This document shows positions 34,809-51,020 of a stretch of DNA of 64,000 nucleotides, in pieces (position 1 is the first letter of the stretch; each line of letters opens with the position of its first letter). Under the pieces are notes generated by a model, which made no database searches, was not told the origin of the DNA, and was given only the letters and a program-made list of their open reading frames with translations. The stretch comes from the human T2T-CHM13v2.0 reference genome, Homo sapiens. A program made the translations under genes and the position numbers. The stretch lies in NCBI RefSeq assembly GCF_009914755.1, contig NC_060926.1. One strand, 5' to 3'.

Positions 34809-35794
34809 ACAAAGCTCCTTTCTAACAGACAGGGAACAAAGTCACTCTTTTTCTGGTTTCCAGGTCAAATACTTTTCTCCCTCTCCAGCCCTTCCTCCAG
34901 CCATTCCTTGCTCTCATACACCCTCATAATATTTGCACAGTGATTTATGGTCTGCCAACCCTTCCGGGTCTGTTACCTCACTTGATCCTAAGAACAACTC
35001 CAAGTTCATAGGTCAGTTATTTGCATCTTTCTGATTTTATAGATGCAAAAACTGAAGCTCAGATCCTAGTTAAATTTCCCAGGGTCAGAGTGTAATCGCT
35101 GGGTGAAGACAGGAATTGAATTTCAACCTTCTGATGCCAAACTTTGTGTTCATTCCACCATCCCAGTGTTGCCTCTCTCGTGTGCCTGGAATTCCACATT
35201 ATTTGGCAACACTCATCTTGTTTCTAAATTATTTTCTCATAACCAAAGTCATGACATTTACAGAAAAAGCAACCTCAGAAAAGCAAAGGTACAACTTTTT
35301 CTTTCAGTCAACTCTTGGGCTTATTTATAACACATTCCTTCTTTGAAAGCAGGAGTTCTGAAAATAGCACATCTATCCTTTGCCTATTAAGGGATAGTGG
35401 AACAATTAGGCTCAGAACAAAGCTAAGTCCACGATAACTGTGAACAAATTAGCCACAGACTGAAAAACAGCGTGAGTCACCAGAGGGAATAAAATGTACA
35501 ACTTATCAGTGAAAGATCTCTTGGTTTCCTATTGCCAGAAACTTTAAATGTAAGTGTAGTATGTGTACTGGTATATTCCCAATTATATTGAAAATGATCT
35601 ATTAGCAGTATAAAATTTGTGGAGGGGAGAGAAATTATTTCATTCAGAAAACATTTAATTCCCTCCCCCTCAGCTTTTTGTGGGTCACTGTGCCAAATAT
35701 AGATGGGAAAAGAGAGTAAGAGGTCCTCATCTCCAACTTGTTCCTTAGCAGGGACACAGGACACACGAGCTGTAGTGGACTTGCATCCTAGGTA

Positions 35795-36003
35795 CTGAAA
35801 AGGATTTTATTTCTTTTTTGATTATGAAGCTTAGTTTGGCTGGATATGAAATTCTTGGTTGGAATTTTTAAGAATGCTGAATATAGGTCCCCAATCTCTT
35901 CTGGCTTGTAGGGTTTCTGCTGAAAGATCTGCTGTTAACCTGATGTAGCTGACCTGCCCCTTCTCTCTAGCTGCTTTTAATATTTTTTCTTTCACACTGA
36001 CCT
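35795..36003 (-). mobile_element. Antisense L1 ORF1-region fragment
   Basis: atgaagcttagtttggctggatatgaaattct...ctcttctggcttgtagggtttctgctga. Confidence 0.8.
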
Positions 36004-36132
36004 TGTATTTTTAGTAGAGACAGGGTTTTACCATATTGTCCAGGCAGGTCTCGAACTCCTGGCCTCAAGCAATCCACCCGCCTTGGCCTCCCAAAGTGCT
36101 GGGATTACATGCATGAGCCACTGTATCCAGCC
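36004..36132 (-). mobile_element. Alu left arm only
   Basis: Starts at the linker ttgtatttttagtagagac; no right arm or tail. Confidence 0.85.
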
Positions 36133-36266
36133 TGAGTTCTGAAATTGAATCAGTAATAATAATACTCCTACCAACTGGAAAAGGTCCCAAACAGATTCAC
36201 AGCCAAATTCTACCAGACATATAAAGAGCTGGTACCAATCCTACAGAAACTATTCCAAAAACTTGA

Positions 36267-36368
<102 letters not shown>

Positions 36369-37692
36369 TGAAGAACATAAATAAGGAGACCTGAAAATGT
36401 GGAATCGACTTTGGAACTGGGTAATAGGCAACAGTGTGTGCAGGGGAACTGCCTTTTATGAACCAAAACCCAGCAACACATCAAAAAGCCAACCCACTGT
36501 GATCAAGTGGGCTTTATTCCTAGGATCCAAGGTTGGTTCAATATATGGAAATCAATGCATGTAATTCATCACATAAATAGAACTAAAAACAAAACCACAT
36601 GATCATCTCGATAGACACAGAAAATGCTTTCAATAAAATTCAACATCCCTTCATGGCAAAAACCCTTAAAAAACTATGAGGCATCAAAGGAACGTAACCT
36701 CAAAACAATAAGAATTATCTATGACAAATCCACAGCCAACATTACACTGAATTGGCAAAAGCTGGAAGCATTCTGCTTGAGAACTGGAACAAGACAAGGA
36801 TGCCCACTCTCCCCACTCCTATTCAACACAGTACTGGAAGTCCTAGTGAGAACAATCAGGCAAGCGAAAAAAATAAAAAGCATCCAAATAGGAAGAGAGG
36901 AAGTCAAAATATCTCTTTTCACAGAAAATGTGATTCTAAACTTAGAAAACCCCATAGTCTCTGCCTCAAAGCTCCTAGATATAAACTTCAGCAGTCTCAG
37001 GATATAAAATCAATACACAAAAATCAGTAGCATTTCTATACAACAATAATACCCAAGCTGAGAGTCAAATCAAGAATGCAATCCCATTCACAATAGCCAC
37101 AAAAGACTTAAGTAGCTAGGAATACAGCTAACCAGGAAGGTGAAAGATCTCTATAATGAGAATTACAAAACACTGCTGACAGAAATCAGAGACGACATAA
37201 ACAAATGGAAAAAGATTCCATGCTCACAGATAGGAAGAATCAATATTGTTAAAATGGCCATACTGCCCAAAGCAGTTTACAGATTCAATGCTATTCCTAT
37301 TAAACTACCAATGGCATTTTCACAGAATTAGAAAAAACTATTTCAAAATTCATATGGAACCAAAAAAAGCCTGAATAGCCAAGGCAATCCTAAGCAGAAA
37401 GAACAAAGCTGAAGGCATCACATTATCCAACTTCAAACTATACTACAAGACTACAGTAATCAAAACAGCATGGTACTGGTACAAAAACAGACAGACCAAT
37501 GGAACCAAATACAGAACCCAGAAATAAAGCCATACAAACTACAGCCATCTGATCTTCAATAAAGTTGACAAAAATAAGTAATGGGGAAAGGACTATTCAA
37601 TAAATGGTGCTGGGATAACTGGTTAGCCAAATGCAGATTAGAACTAGACACCTTCACCATATATAAAAATAACTTAAGATGGATTAAAGACT

Positions 37693-38091
37693 TCTATTAG
37701 TCTGTTCTTGCACTGCTATAAAGAAATAGCTGAGACTGAATAATTTATAAAGAACAGAGGTTTAACTGGCTCACTCCACAGGCTGTACAGGAAGCATGGC
37801 AGCATCAGCTTCTGGGGAGGCATCAGGGAGCTTTCAGTCGTGGCAGAAGGCAAAGGGGGAGCCAAGCATCTTACATGGCAGGAGCGGGAGCAAGAGAGAG
37901 AAGGGGGAGGTGCTACACACACAGATGTCGCAATAACTCACTATCACGAGAACAGCAGCAAGAAGGATGATGTTAAACCACGAGAAACCACCCCCATGAT
38001 CCAATCACCTCCCACCAGGCACCACCTCCAATGCTGGGGATTACAATTCAACATAAGATTCGGATGGGGACACAAATCCAAACCCATATCA
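37693..38091 (-). mobile_element. MST (MSTA/B-like) MaLR solo LTR nested in L1
   Basis: 5-bp TSD AGACT at 37688-37692 and 38092-38096. Confidence 0.88.
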
Positions 38092-38436
38092 AGACTTACA
38101 TGTAAAACCTAACTGAAAAAACAAAACAAACAAAACCCCTAGAAGGACACCTAAGAAATACCATTCTGGATGTAGGCCCTGGCAAAGATTTCATGAGGAA
38201 GACACCAAAAGCAACTGCAACAAAAACAAAAATTGACAAATGGGACCTAATTAAACTAAAGAGCTTCTCTGCTCAGCTAAAGAAACTATCAACAGAGCAA
38301 CCAGACAACCTACAGAATGGAAGAAAATATTTGCAAACTATGGATATGACAAAGGTCTAATATTCAGAATCTACAAGGAACTTAAGCAAAAAACAAAACA
38401 ACAACAACAACAACAACATTAAAAGTGGGCAAAGGA

Positions 38437-38737
<301 letters not shown>

Positions 38738-39684
38738 TTGGTAAAGGACATGAACAGACACTTCTCAAAAGACATACACATGGCCAATAAGTAAATGAAA
38801 AAATGCTCAACATCACTAACCATTAGAGAAATGCTAATAATCAGAGAAATCCATCTCACCCCAGTCAGAACAGCTATGATTAAAAAGTAAAAAGAAACAT
38901 ATGCTGGCAAGGTTGCAGAGAAAAGGGAACACTTACACACTGTTGGTGGGAATGCAAATTAGTTCCATCTCTGTGTAAAGCAGCATAAGGGATTTCTCAA
39001 ACTTAAAACATTCTACCATTCAACCCAGCAATCCTATTATCAGGTATATACCTAAAGGAATATAAATTATTCTCCCAAAAAGACACATGTATACATATGT
39101 TCATCACAGCACTATTCACAATAGCAAAAGCATGGAATCAACCTAAATACCCATCAACAGTGGACTGGATAATGAAAATGTGGTACATATATATTATGGA
39201 ATACTACAGTCATAAAAAAGAACAAGATCATGTCCTCTGCAGGAGCATGGATGGAGCTGGAGGCCGTTATCCTAGGCAAATTAATGCAAGAACAGAAATC
39301 CAAATACTCTCACTTATAAGTGGGAGCTAAACATTAAGTACACATGGACACAAAGAAGGGAGTAATAGATACCAGGGCCTACCTGAGAGTAGAGGGTGAG
39401 GATCAAAAAACTAGCTATCAGGTACTATGCTCACAACCTGGATGACAAAACACTGACAAAACCCCTGCAACACAATTTACCCATGTTACAAACCTGCACA
39501 TGTACCCTCTGAACCTAAGAAGTTGGAAAGAAAAAAAATAAGACATAAAAAAAAGATTGCTACAGCAATCACTTTTCAAACCACCGGTATTAATTTCTGT
39601 CCTGTGATTCAAGAAATATCTTCACCACAAATTTAGAGTTAATGGATTAAGAAAATGATTTCTAATTAACTGTGCATCATTGTG

Positions 39685-40044
39685 CAGTTGTCCCTTGGTA
39701 TCTATGGGGGACTGGTTGCAGGTTCTCCCTCCAGATACCCAAATCCACAGTTGCTCAAGTCCCTTATAATAAAATGGTATAGTATTTGCATATGACCCAT
39801 GCATATCCTCCCATATTTTTAAAATGATCTCTAGATTACTTATAATATCTAATATAATGTGAATGCTACATAAATTGTTATAGTGTATTTTTTAGAGAAC
39901 AACGACAAGAATAAAAAGTCTGTACATGTTCAGTACAGATCCAACTATCCATTTTTCCCCCCAAATATTTTCAATCCACAGTCGATTAACTCCATGGATA
40001 TAGAACCCATGGATACAGAACCCATGGATATGAAGGGCCAACTG
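39685..40044 (+). mobile_element. MER2-like TcMar-Tigger element
   Basis: TIRs cagttgtcccttggtatc / gatatgaagggccaactg followed by TA. Confidence 0.8.
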
Positions 40045-40170
40045 TATTCTCAAAGTTAAAAAAAAAATAAACACTGGCACTCTGAATACACTGTAATGGA
40101 AAATGTCAGGGTTTATCTTAAAAAAAAGTAACGGATTAAAAACAATGACAACCCTAAGTATTTAAAGAGA

Positions 40171-40176
40171 TTTATT
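40171..40176 (-). terminator. LAPTM4A: LAPTM4A polyadenylation signal AATAAA
   Basis: tttatt on + about 535 nt after the stop, with GU/U-rich GTTGTCATTGTTTTT downstream on the minus strand. Confidence 0.8.
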
Positions 40177-40709
40177 AAATCATCTTATCACAAAGATGGA
40201 AACATATACAAACTAGAAACATGCAACCATCATCTTCCACAGTCAAGTCACAATGTCAAATATTTTTCTTGCCTCTGCAGATGAAAAGTTCAGATCTTAT
40301 ACCCAACTACTTACTCACCCCGAATATTTAAGTCAGTCTTCCTGAAAGTACTCAGGGTAGCAAGTAACAAAATGCAAACGATTATATAAAGAAAGTGCAG
40401 TTAAAAAGGAAACTATGTGGCAAGTACCCTCTTTCCCTTCCCACCCCCCAATTAAAGGCAAACAATGGCACTTTGCTCTTGCTTAACCTAGATTGTCTTC
40501 AAAAACTATTAAAATGTAAAAGACTTAACAAAAAAACAAAAAGACGTTTAACAGATGTCAAAAAGCTCCTTAGTGTTTGAAAATAAATGCTTAAACAAAA
40601 GACAACATATTTTATATCAAACAAGTTTGAAGAGCCCTGAATTGCAGCATTCTGTAACATAAACAAACAAAAAGCTGGTATAGGATTTATTGTCAAAGGC
40701 AGAATTTCT

Positions 40710-40784
40710 TCAGGCAGGTAAGTAAGGAGGTGGTGGTTCTTTTTCAGGCATTTTCACGGCCATTTCATAGGTTGGCAAAACGTA
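40710..40784 (-). CDS. LAPTM4A: LAPTM4A exon 7 coding part (PY-motif tail and stop)
   Basis: ctctttag acceptor; [27 protein letters not shown]; exons sum to 702 nt = 233 aa; PPQY, LPTY and PPPY motifs. Confidence 0.97.
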   Translation of the reverse strand, partial: [24 protein letters not shown]

Positions 40785-41821
40785 CTAAAGAGAGAAAAAA
40801 AATTGTATCAGATTTAATTCTCCTTTAAAATCCTTTGTGAGATAATTCAGCTTTCAGACTTTATGCCCTAAATAGGGTCATACAAAACCATAAAGAAGAG
40901 CTGAAGAAACTGTTAGCTAAAATGTTCCCAAGTAGATGCCTCAATAACCTGGAATTTTACCAAGATTGCTAGCGAAGGGGAGGGTGGAGAGAGGGAGGTG
41001 GGGAGAGAGAGTCCTGCTTCTGGACAAGGATTCCTAGACAGGCAGGCAGTGGGTGCCATTGCTCTGCCCTCATTCCAGTGTGACCGATGAAGTGCCAGTG
41101 CCAATTACACTTCAGGTGTTGAGGAGTTGGGTTAAACCATGCAATAGGAAACACCCAATAAGACGCTAGCTCCTGGATCCTGACTTTCATCAGAATCAGT
41201 TTGTAGTCAGAAGATCATGAACTTATATCATGTCTTCGAGGGTAACAGGCACACCTATGCAGTGGAGGAGTGACATTCTAATCGAAGTGACTCCAAGTCT
41301 GAAAGCCTGGCCCTAGGTGGGCCACATATATTTTATATGCTGAAAACCTGGGAAGGTAGCACAGCAGCAATTAGAGGGCTGTGAAAGGTAGGCTTCCCCA
41401 AAAGACCCATGAAACCACTGTATTCATCTCCCCAGACAGGTCAGCTCCCCCGTTGGATCATATGGATGTTTTCTGAAAACAACACAAGTTTCAGTCAATG
41501 GAACTCCCCATCCTTAGAAGCCCCAGGCTACATGGGCCTAACACAGCTGTTTCCTGTCATCTCCCCTACAAACATGACACTAATGAGGACCTCTAATGAG
41601 TAAATCTAACAGCCAAACTGGATGAGACAAGCGACCCAGGTACTCAGGATTCCAAGTGGAAAATGTTGAATCCTGTGGATTTTAAGCTGTTCATAAAAGT
41701 ACCCAGGGTTCATGCCCAAACCATAGGTTACAGCATGAAAGAGAAAGTCAAGCTCCAGGTTCTTCTCCTGGAACAGTCAATAGTGACTGGTGACCTTTTA
41801 CTCTATCCAACAGTAGCTAAC

Positions 41822-41920
41822 CTGAGGAGGTGCTTCAAAGGCAGGGTACACAGCAATCTCCGGCACGTTTCGGTTGTTGATGTATTTATAGCAGTTCCAA
41901 ACACAGTTAATTAGATAAGC
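41822..41920 (-). CDS. LAPTM4A: LAPTM4A exon 6 (99 nt)
   Basis: ttcttccag / GTTAGC; [33 protein letters not shown]. Confidence 0.96.
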
Positions 41921-42462
41921 CTGGAAGAATAAAAACAAAGTTGACATCTGCTAGAAACTCAACAGACTACCTGCTCTAAAATGCCAGTGACTTAGAATGC
42001 TTTCCCCACACATCCTCTGTGTAGAAGGGAGCTGACCTCTGTGTGGACCCAGCACAGGCCAGGCCCTTTCCCTACTTGCTCTCATTTAAGTGTCATGAGT
42101 TTCATCGCCAACATTTCAGAGAGAAACCAGAGATGGAGCTTCAATTCAGGTCAACCCACTGTGCTGCAGAAGAAATTCTGGGTTTGTGAACCTTGGGAAT
42201 TTTAACAGATTTTCAATACAAATCATGAACCCCTTTTCAAAAACATAAAAAGTAGGTCCTTTCACTTAGAGAAGGATCCTGACAGTTACAACCATTCCTT
42301 GGAAACACAACAGAAACCATTCCCTAGAAGCTATCTCTGCTCATGTGCCAGAATAAACACTGTCCCCACAAATCCTCAATCTCCTGTGACTTGTAAGGTG
42401 AAAGGCAGCAAAAAGGTTTAGATTCACAGTGTCAATCTCAGTCACCCCTAAAGATTTAGTCA

Positions 42463-42567
<105 letters not shown>

Positions 42568-44803
42568 CTATTAAAGAAACACACACACATTTACAAGTCA
42601 GCCATCGCACTAGCACTTGCTGATAACCTGAAGAGCATCTGAAGAATACAAAGGCACCAAAGTCAAAAGTGATATTTAATAAAAATGTATAAGCAGAATT
42701 TAATTCAAAGTGCTTTTAAATTTTAAGCCTTATCACCATTAATGCATGCTAACAATCACTTAGAGTACATTTGATAACCCACAATGCTCCAAAAAGTCTA
42801 AATTTAGCTCGTTTTCTCTTTACTTTTCACTATTTTCCATCTTTCTGGCCTTTGGAAAAACACTATCGCCTATATGGCACTGGAGATCAGTCCCTGTGTC
42901 ACTTGCATCATTAACTCAGGAGATGCTCAGTTCTGTGTAAGTTCTACAGATAAACTGGGCCATTTTAATGCTACAAGGGGAAAATTATTTTTCTAAATGT
43001 CAATCGTTTGTCTCAACTCTCATCAGACAGGGGCAAAAATACACCCACTGGTTACAATGTCAGGCAAGACATAAGTTTTACTGCAGACATACTCTGTTCT
43101 ACTGAAAAGCATCAGCTATATTCATTTAAATACTTATTCAGCCCTGACTGTGTACAAGGCAATGAGCTAAGTTCAGGGAGAAAGGTGTTATAAAAGAAGA
43201 ATTTCAGATTTAAAAACTAACCAACAGAGGAAATACCTTCCAGTCTGAGGCACTAAGTGAACAAAACAGAGGAGAGAAAACACCAGGGTCTCTAAAAGGA
43301 ATAATAAATTTTTATCTTCTTTTCTATAAAGCTGATTTAATTTTTTTAAGTTATGCTTGTTTTTAATGGAAATGTCAACAAGAAGGCCTAATTACATTTT
43401 CATTTAAAAAGCAACATAAACAGAAATCCCAAAGGACTGAAAAAAATAGAAAAAAAAAATTTTAAGAACACACTACTCCCCAAACCCCAGCCAGGTTGTC
43501 TCCTTGGGAAAAAAGCTGTTTTTTTGATCTTCATCTATAAACAAAAAGAAAAACACAGAAGGTGGAGCTCATGAGGGAATGCTATGCTAAGGGTTTTACT
43601 CAGAAGGCAGGGAGGCACCACTTGAAATTTCTCCCCCGGAGATGACATGAGCAGAGAGCCACACAGAAGCCGCTGACCGTGGCTGACCAGGCCAACAGGC
43701 CCTGCCCCTGGCCACCTTTCTCCAGGCTTCCCCACCCTCCCTCTGTGTGCCAGCCACCATGGCCAGCTTCTAGTGCCCTCACTATGCTGCTTCTTGCCTC
43801 AAGGTCTCTCTTTTATCTGGAACATTGTCTTCTATACTTTCTCTATCTTAATTCCTGTTCAAACTCCTGAGTACAATTCAAATCTCACTTCCCAGCCCAG
43901 GTTTAGTACCCATGTGATATCCACTCCCACAGTAACCTACAATGGTGTATCAGTTAACTGTCAACTTCCTGATTCCTTCACCAGGAAGTAAGCTCCACTG
44001 ATGCATCTCTATGACCTAGCAGAGTGCCTTGCACATAAGAGCAACCAGCGAATGTTTTCTGAATAAATGAATGACGAATTTGGTGGTGTGGAAAATGGGC
44101 TAGGCAGGAAATCTGGTAGTGGGAAGAAAAGTTCTGAAAGACAGCACTTTGGAAATGAACTGAGGATACTCCTGCCAATTTTCATCTACCTAGATCCCAT
44201 ATCTCCTTCTGACCACCTCCACGACGCCCTCCTTGGCCACCCAGCCCAGAGTTTTCCCTGCCCCCCTCCATATGACATTAATCGAAGTTCCTTATTTGCT
44301 GCTGCTGTGACAGCTCCCGCTTGTTATCACAGGTAACATCTTCATGTATCTTGACTCCCCAAATATTACAGTTTGCTCGCTAAACTGTAATATTCGCAGT
44401 TATCTTTATATCCACACCATTCACCAACAGTGCCTAGCAAAGGGCTAAAAACATAGTAGGCACTGGAATACTTGCTACAGATGTCTGTAAAGACAATAAG
44501 CTAGTCACTTAAAGAGTGCCATACACAGTCAAATTACTGTACCTTTGGATGCTCAAAAACAAAAGCTGAACTACTAGTTCCATAATATCCATTTCTAGGA
44601 ACTCTTAATACTGCATTATCCAAATGGATGGTAAGAAATTACTCTACTTTCATCTTGCCAGTTTTGTCACAGTAGCTAAGAGAGCAGAAATAATTATTTT
44701 AAGACACTTTCAAAAGCAAGCGGAGTAGTTAAAAATAATACCTAAGGCTGATTCAGAATTTAAATGTAAACATTTTACTCAAAATGAAAAAAAAATAAGT
44801 TTA

Positions 44804-44989
<186 letters not shown>

Positions 44990-44995
44990 TTACTA

Positions 44996-45142
<147 letters not shown>

Positions 45143-45896
45143 CTAATTAAGCTACTTACACAACAAAAAGAACAAAACTTCACTTAAAGCTAGCTTTAAA
45201 ATATTAAATTTAAATATTTTCAAAATTGGCTATAAAAAGATCTAAGGCCAAGAGGGTAAAAAAAAAAAAAAAAAATCAAAGTCTCAGCATGAAGTAAGGA
45301 ACCTTGAGACATTCACACAAAGCACTTATTTGTTAAATCGCTCCAACGACTCACTGACATGGGTGTAGGATGGCACATGAACCACATTCTCTGCTAGAGA
45401 AACAGGTCCCTGTGCCCTTATGAGCCCAGGAATCTGAAGATGTGCAAACAGATCATTATAATCCAATGTGTCAAGTGCTACAACAGAGGCAGAAACAATT
45501 TGCTTTGCCTGAAGCATCAGGAAAAAATATGAAGAAATGACACAAGATGGGTCTTATGAGTAGGGTTTAGCTGGAAGGAATGGCTGGCAATTGCTTAAAA
45601 GACAAGTGTATTAAACTCAGAATGCTACATACATTACCCTTTGCTCTAGATAAATATAACCTGAAATTCAAATTTCGCCATTAACCTCACTTCCCCACCC
45701 AACCTCCCAAACACCAAAATTCATTGCTTCCTGCACCCTGGTATCTATGTTAACACACACTACTTTCTTCTTCGTTTCTCAACTCTTCCTCAGGTTGTTC
45801 CAACTCTCCATTAATCCATGATCACTAATTTTTTCACAAAACAGCCAAGTAATCTCAAGCAATTCTAAACCGTGCCTGACTTACTGAATTTCTTAG

Positions 45897-47596
<1,700 letters not shown>

Positions 47597-48017
47597 TCAT
47601 GGCCTAATCACCACCCAAGGGTCCTACCTCTTAATATCATCACCTTGGAGGTTAAGCTCCAGCATGTGAATTTTGGAGGGACACATATATTGTAACCATA
47701 GCAACTTCTCCTTTCTACTAGTAGCTACATTAAAAAAAAAGTCTTATGAAGCCTGCATGCTTATTTTGATTTCAAGGTACATTTTACACATTTCTCAAAA
47801 ACTTAATAGTCCATTACATTTTCTGGCTAGAAATGCTCTATTGTAATCCTCACTGAATCTCTCTGAAAAACCCATCAAAATACTTTCCTGCCTCAGCAAG
47901 AATGACTTAAATATAATTTAACTTGTTACCCTTATTATGTAACCATTTTAACTTTCTGAAATGTAACTTAAGCATAATCTAATCAATCCCCTAAATAACC
48001 AGTGTGTGTGGAGACAG

Positions 48018-48346
48018 ACAGACATGGGCCAACAACATTTTGGTCAACAATGGACTGCATATATCATGAGGGTTCCATAACACTGTAATAGTGTATTTAC
48101 AGTATTACTATATTTTTCCATCTTTAGATACACACCTATTTGCCACTGTATGATAACTGCCTACAGTATTCGGTACAGTAACCTGCTGTACAGGTTTTAG
48201 CCTAGGAGTCTCTACCACATCGCCTAGGTGTATAGTAGGCTACGCTATCTAGGTTTGTGTAAGTACACCCTATGATGTTCACACAACAATATCACCCAGT
48301 GACATTTCTCAGAATGTGTCCCCATCATTAAACAACACAGGACTGT
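48018..48346. mobile_element. TcMar-Tigger (Tigger3/MER47-like) element
   Basis: tgcctacagtattcggtacagtaacctgctgtacagg...atctaggtttgtgtaagtacac...gactgta. Confidence 0.65.
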
Positions 48347-48358
48347 ATATAAAAATTA

Positions 48359-48541
<183 letters not shown>

Positions 48542-49019
48542 TTACATTAATTACCATCACGACGCAATCTTAGCACAATCTCTAGATGTCCTCTCATATT
48601 TAAGATTGTCTTACTTGAAGTAACAAAGATATAAAATAGTGGGAGACTACCTGTGAGATAAAACAATACGCAATTACCACTATGAGAATAATTTAAAAAT
48701 AAATATTTTATAAAGTATAAGTAATATTAACCATTTGAGAGATAAGATGCTTAACCAATACACCAGAAAAAAATTAAAACTAAAGAATCATTACAAATGG
48801 TTCATGTTCGAAGCTACCTATTTATTCATATACCAATCTCAGAATTTCTGGATTTGAAGAAGTTACTGTTCATCTGTTATATTTATTCATCAGATGCCCG
48901 AAACCCCTCCACAGCATCTCTCATCAGGTGACAGAGAACTCACTATTTCCTCTAGAGCTAGACTCAAATGCTTAAGAGACTTACCAAGATACTGAAAGTC
49001 ACTTATCTACTAGTCTTAC

Positions 49020-49341
49020 TTTTGTGTGTGTGTGTGTATGTGTATGTGTGCGTGTGTGTGATATGGAGTCTCACTCTATTGCCCAGGGTGGAGTGCAGTG
49101 GTGCAATCTCAGCTCACTGAAGCCTCCCCTTCCTAGGCTCATGTGATCCTCCCACCTCAGCCACCTGGTAGCTGGGATTACAGGTGCCCACGACCATACG
49201 CGGGTGATTTTTGTATTTTTAGTAGAGACGGGGTTTCACTATGTTGGCCAGGCTGGTCTCTAATTCCTGACCTCAAGTGATACACCCAGCCCTAGCCTCC
49301 CAAAGTGTTGGTATTACAGGCGTGAGCCACCACGCCCGGCC
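49020..49341 (-). mobile_element. Alu whose tail has become a (TG)n microsatellite
   Basis: (TG)n at about 49023-49060 directly abuts the Alu 3' end. Confidence 0.88.
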
Positions 49342-49637
49342 TTAAATCTACCTTTTGAGATAATGTGCTCTCCCTTCTAAATAAGTGCTCCAATACCTGA
49401 AAACAGCCTCCAAATACTGTGTTCTCTAGAATAGACATGCAGATCTTTAAGCCATTCCTCTGACTAGCATGTTTCCTAGCTACCTATTTCCCTTTTGTCT
49501 TCCTCTTTACACATGCTCCAGTTTGATGGACATATATTAAAATGAGGTAAAGTCACCCTGGTCAGAACATAATGGGATCTCAGTTCTCATATTCTGGCTA
49601 ACGAATTTCAATTAATGCAACCTGAAGTTGTACTGAG

Positions 49638-49770
49638 GTTTTTTGTTTTTGTTAGAAACAAGGTCTCACCATATTGCCTAGGCTGGTCTTGAACTCTTGG
49701 CCTCAAGTGATCCTCCTGCTTTAGCCTCCCAACATGCTGTGATTACAGGCATGAGCCACCGCACCCAGCC
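49638..49770 (-). mobile_element. Alu monomer (FLAM-like)
   Basis: Single arm with T tract. Confidence 0.75.
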
Positions 49771-50449
49771 TGCATTGGCTTTACAAATTTTCTGAATATC
49801 ACATGAGAGTAACTCCCTAAAACACCAAGTTCTTTTTCACACTTGATTGTGCTAAGCTCCCACCTGTACAGTTGGATTCAGAGGCCCAAGCATAGGCCTT
49901 AATATACCTGTAATTGAGTTTCATCTTATTACATTCTTGCCTATGAAGATTTTCTGGATGTGGATTCTGACACACTACAGATTTACTGTCTCAACTTCCT
50001 GAATTTAGGATCAGCATGTAATCAGTATTTCCATCTAAGTTACTAACAAAAGAGAACAGAGGTGAGGACAAAGCTGCCAGAGGCTGCCCCTTCCCATTAA
50101 CTAGCAACTTCTGAATAAAATTGTTTAGCTCTTTAGAGGAACAGCCTGCTGAAATCCCATTATAATATCTGAATTTTCCTAGTCTCCCAGGGTTGTAAAT
50201 CCATTTTAAAAGGAAATGAGTTGTGCCTGTAGTTGTTGGCCAATCCCTGTGGTATCCCAGGAGGCTTCACTGCATTTAAGTACTCAGAAAGAGTATTGTT
50301 AACGACTCAAGACAGAAATCTCACGTAGGATTGGAGTTAGGCTTCCTTATCTAGCATAGTAAAGTTCACAGAATTTGCCCTCCTTCCCTTTGTGAAAATG
50401 TGAACATCTGGAATTTTCAAGGGTTAAGTTCCTATCAGTAGTATTTTAA

Positions 50450-51020
<571 letters not shown>

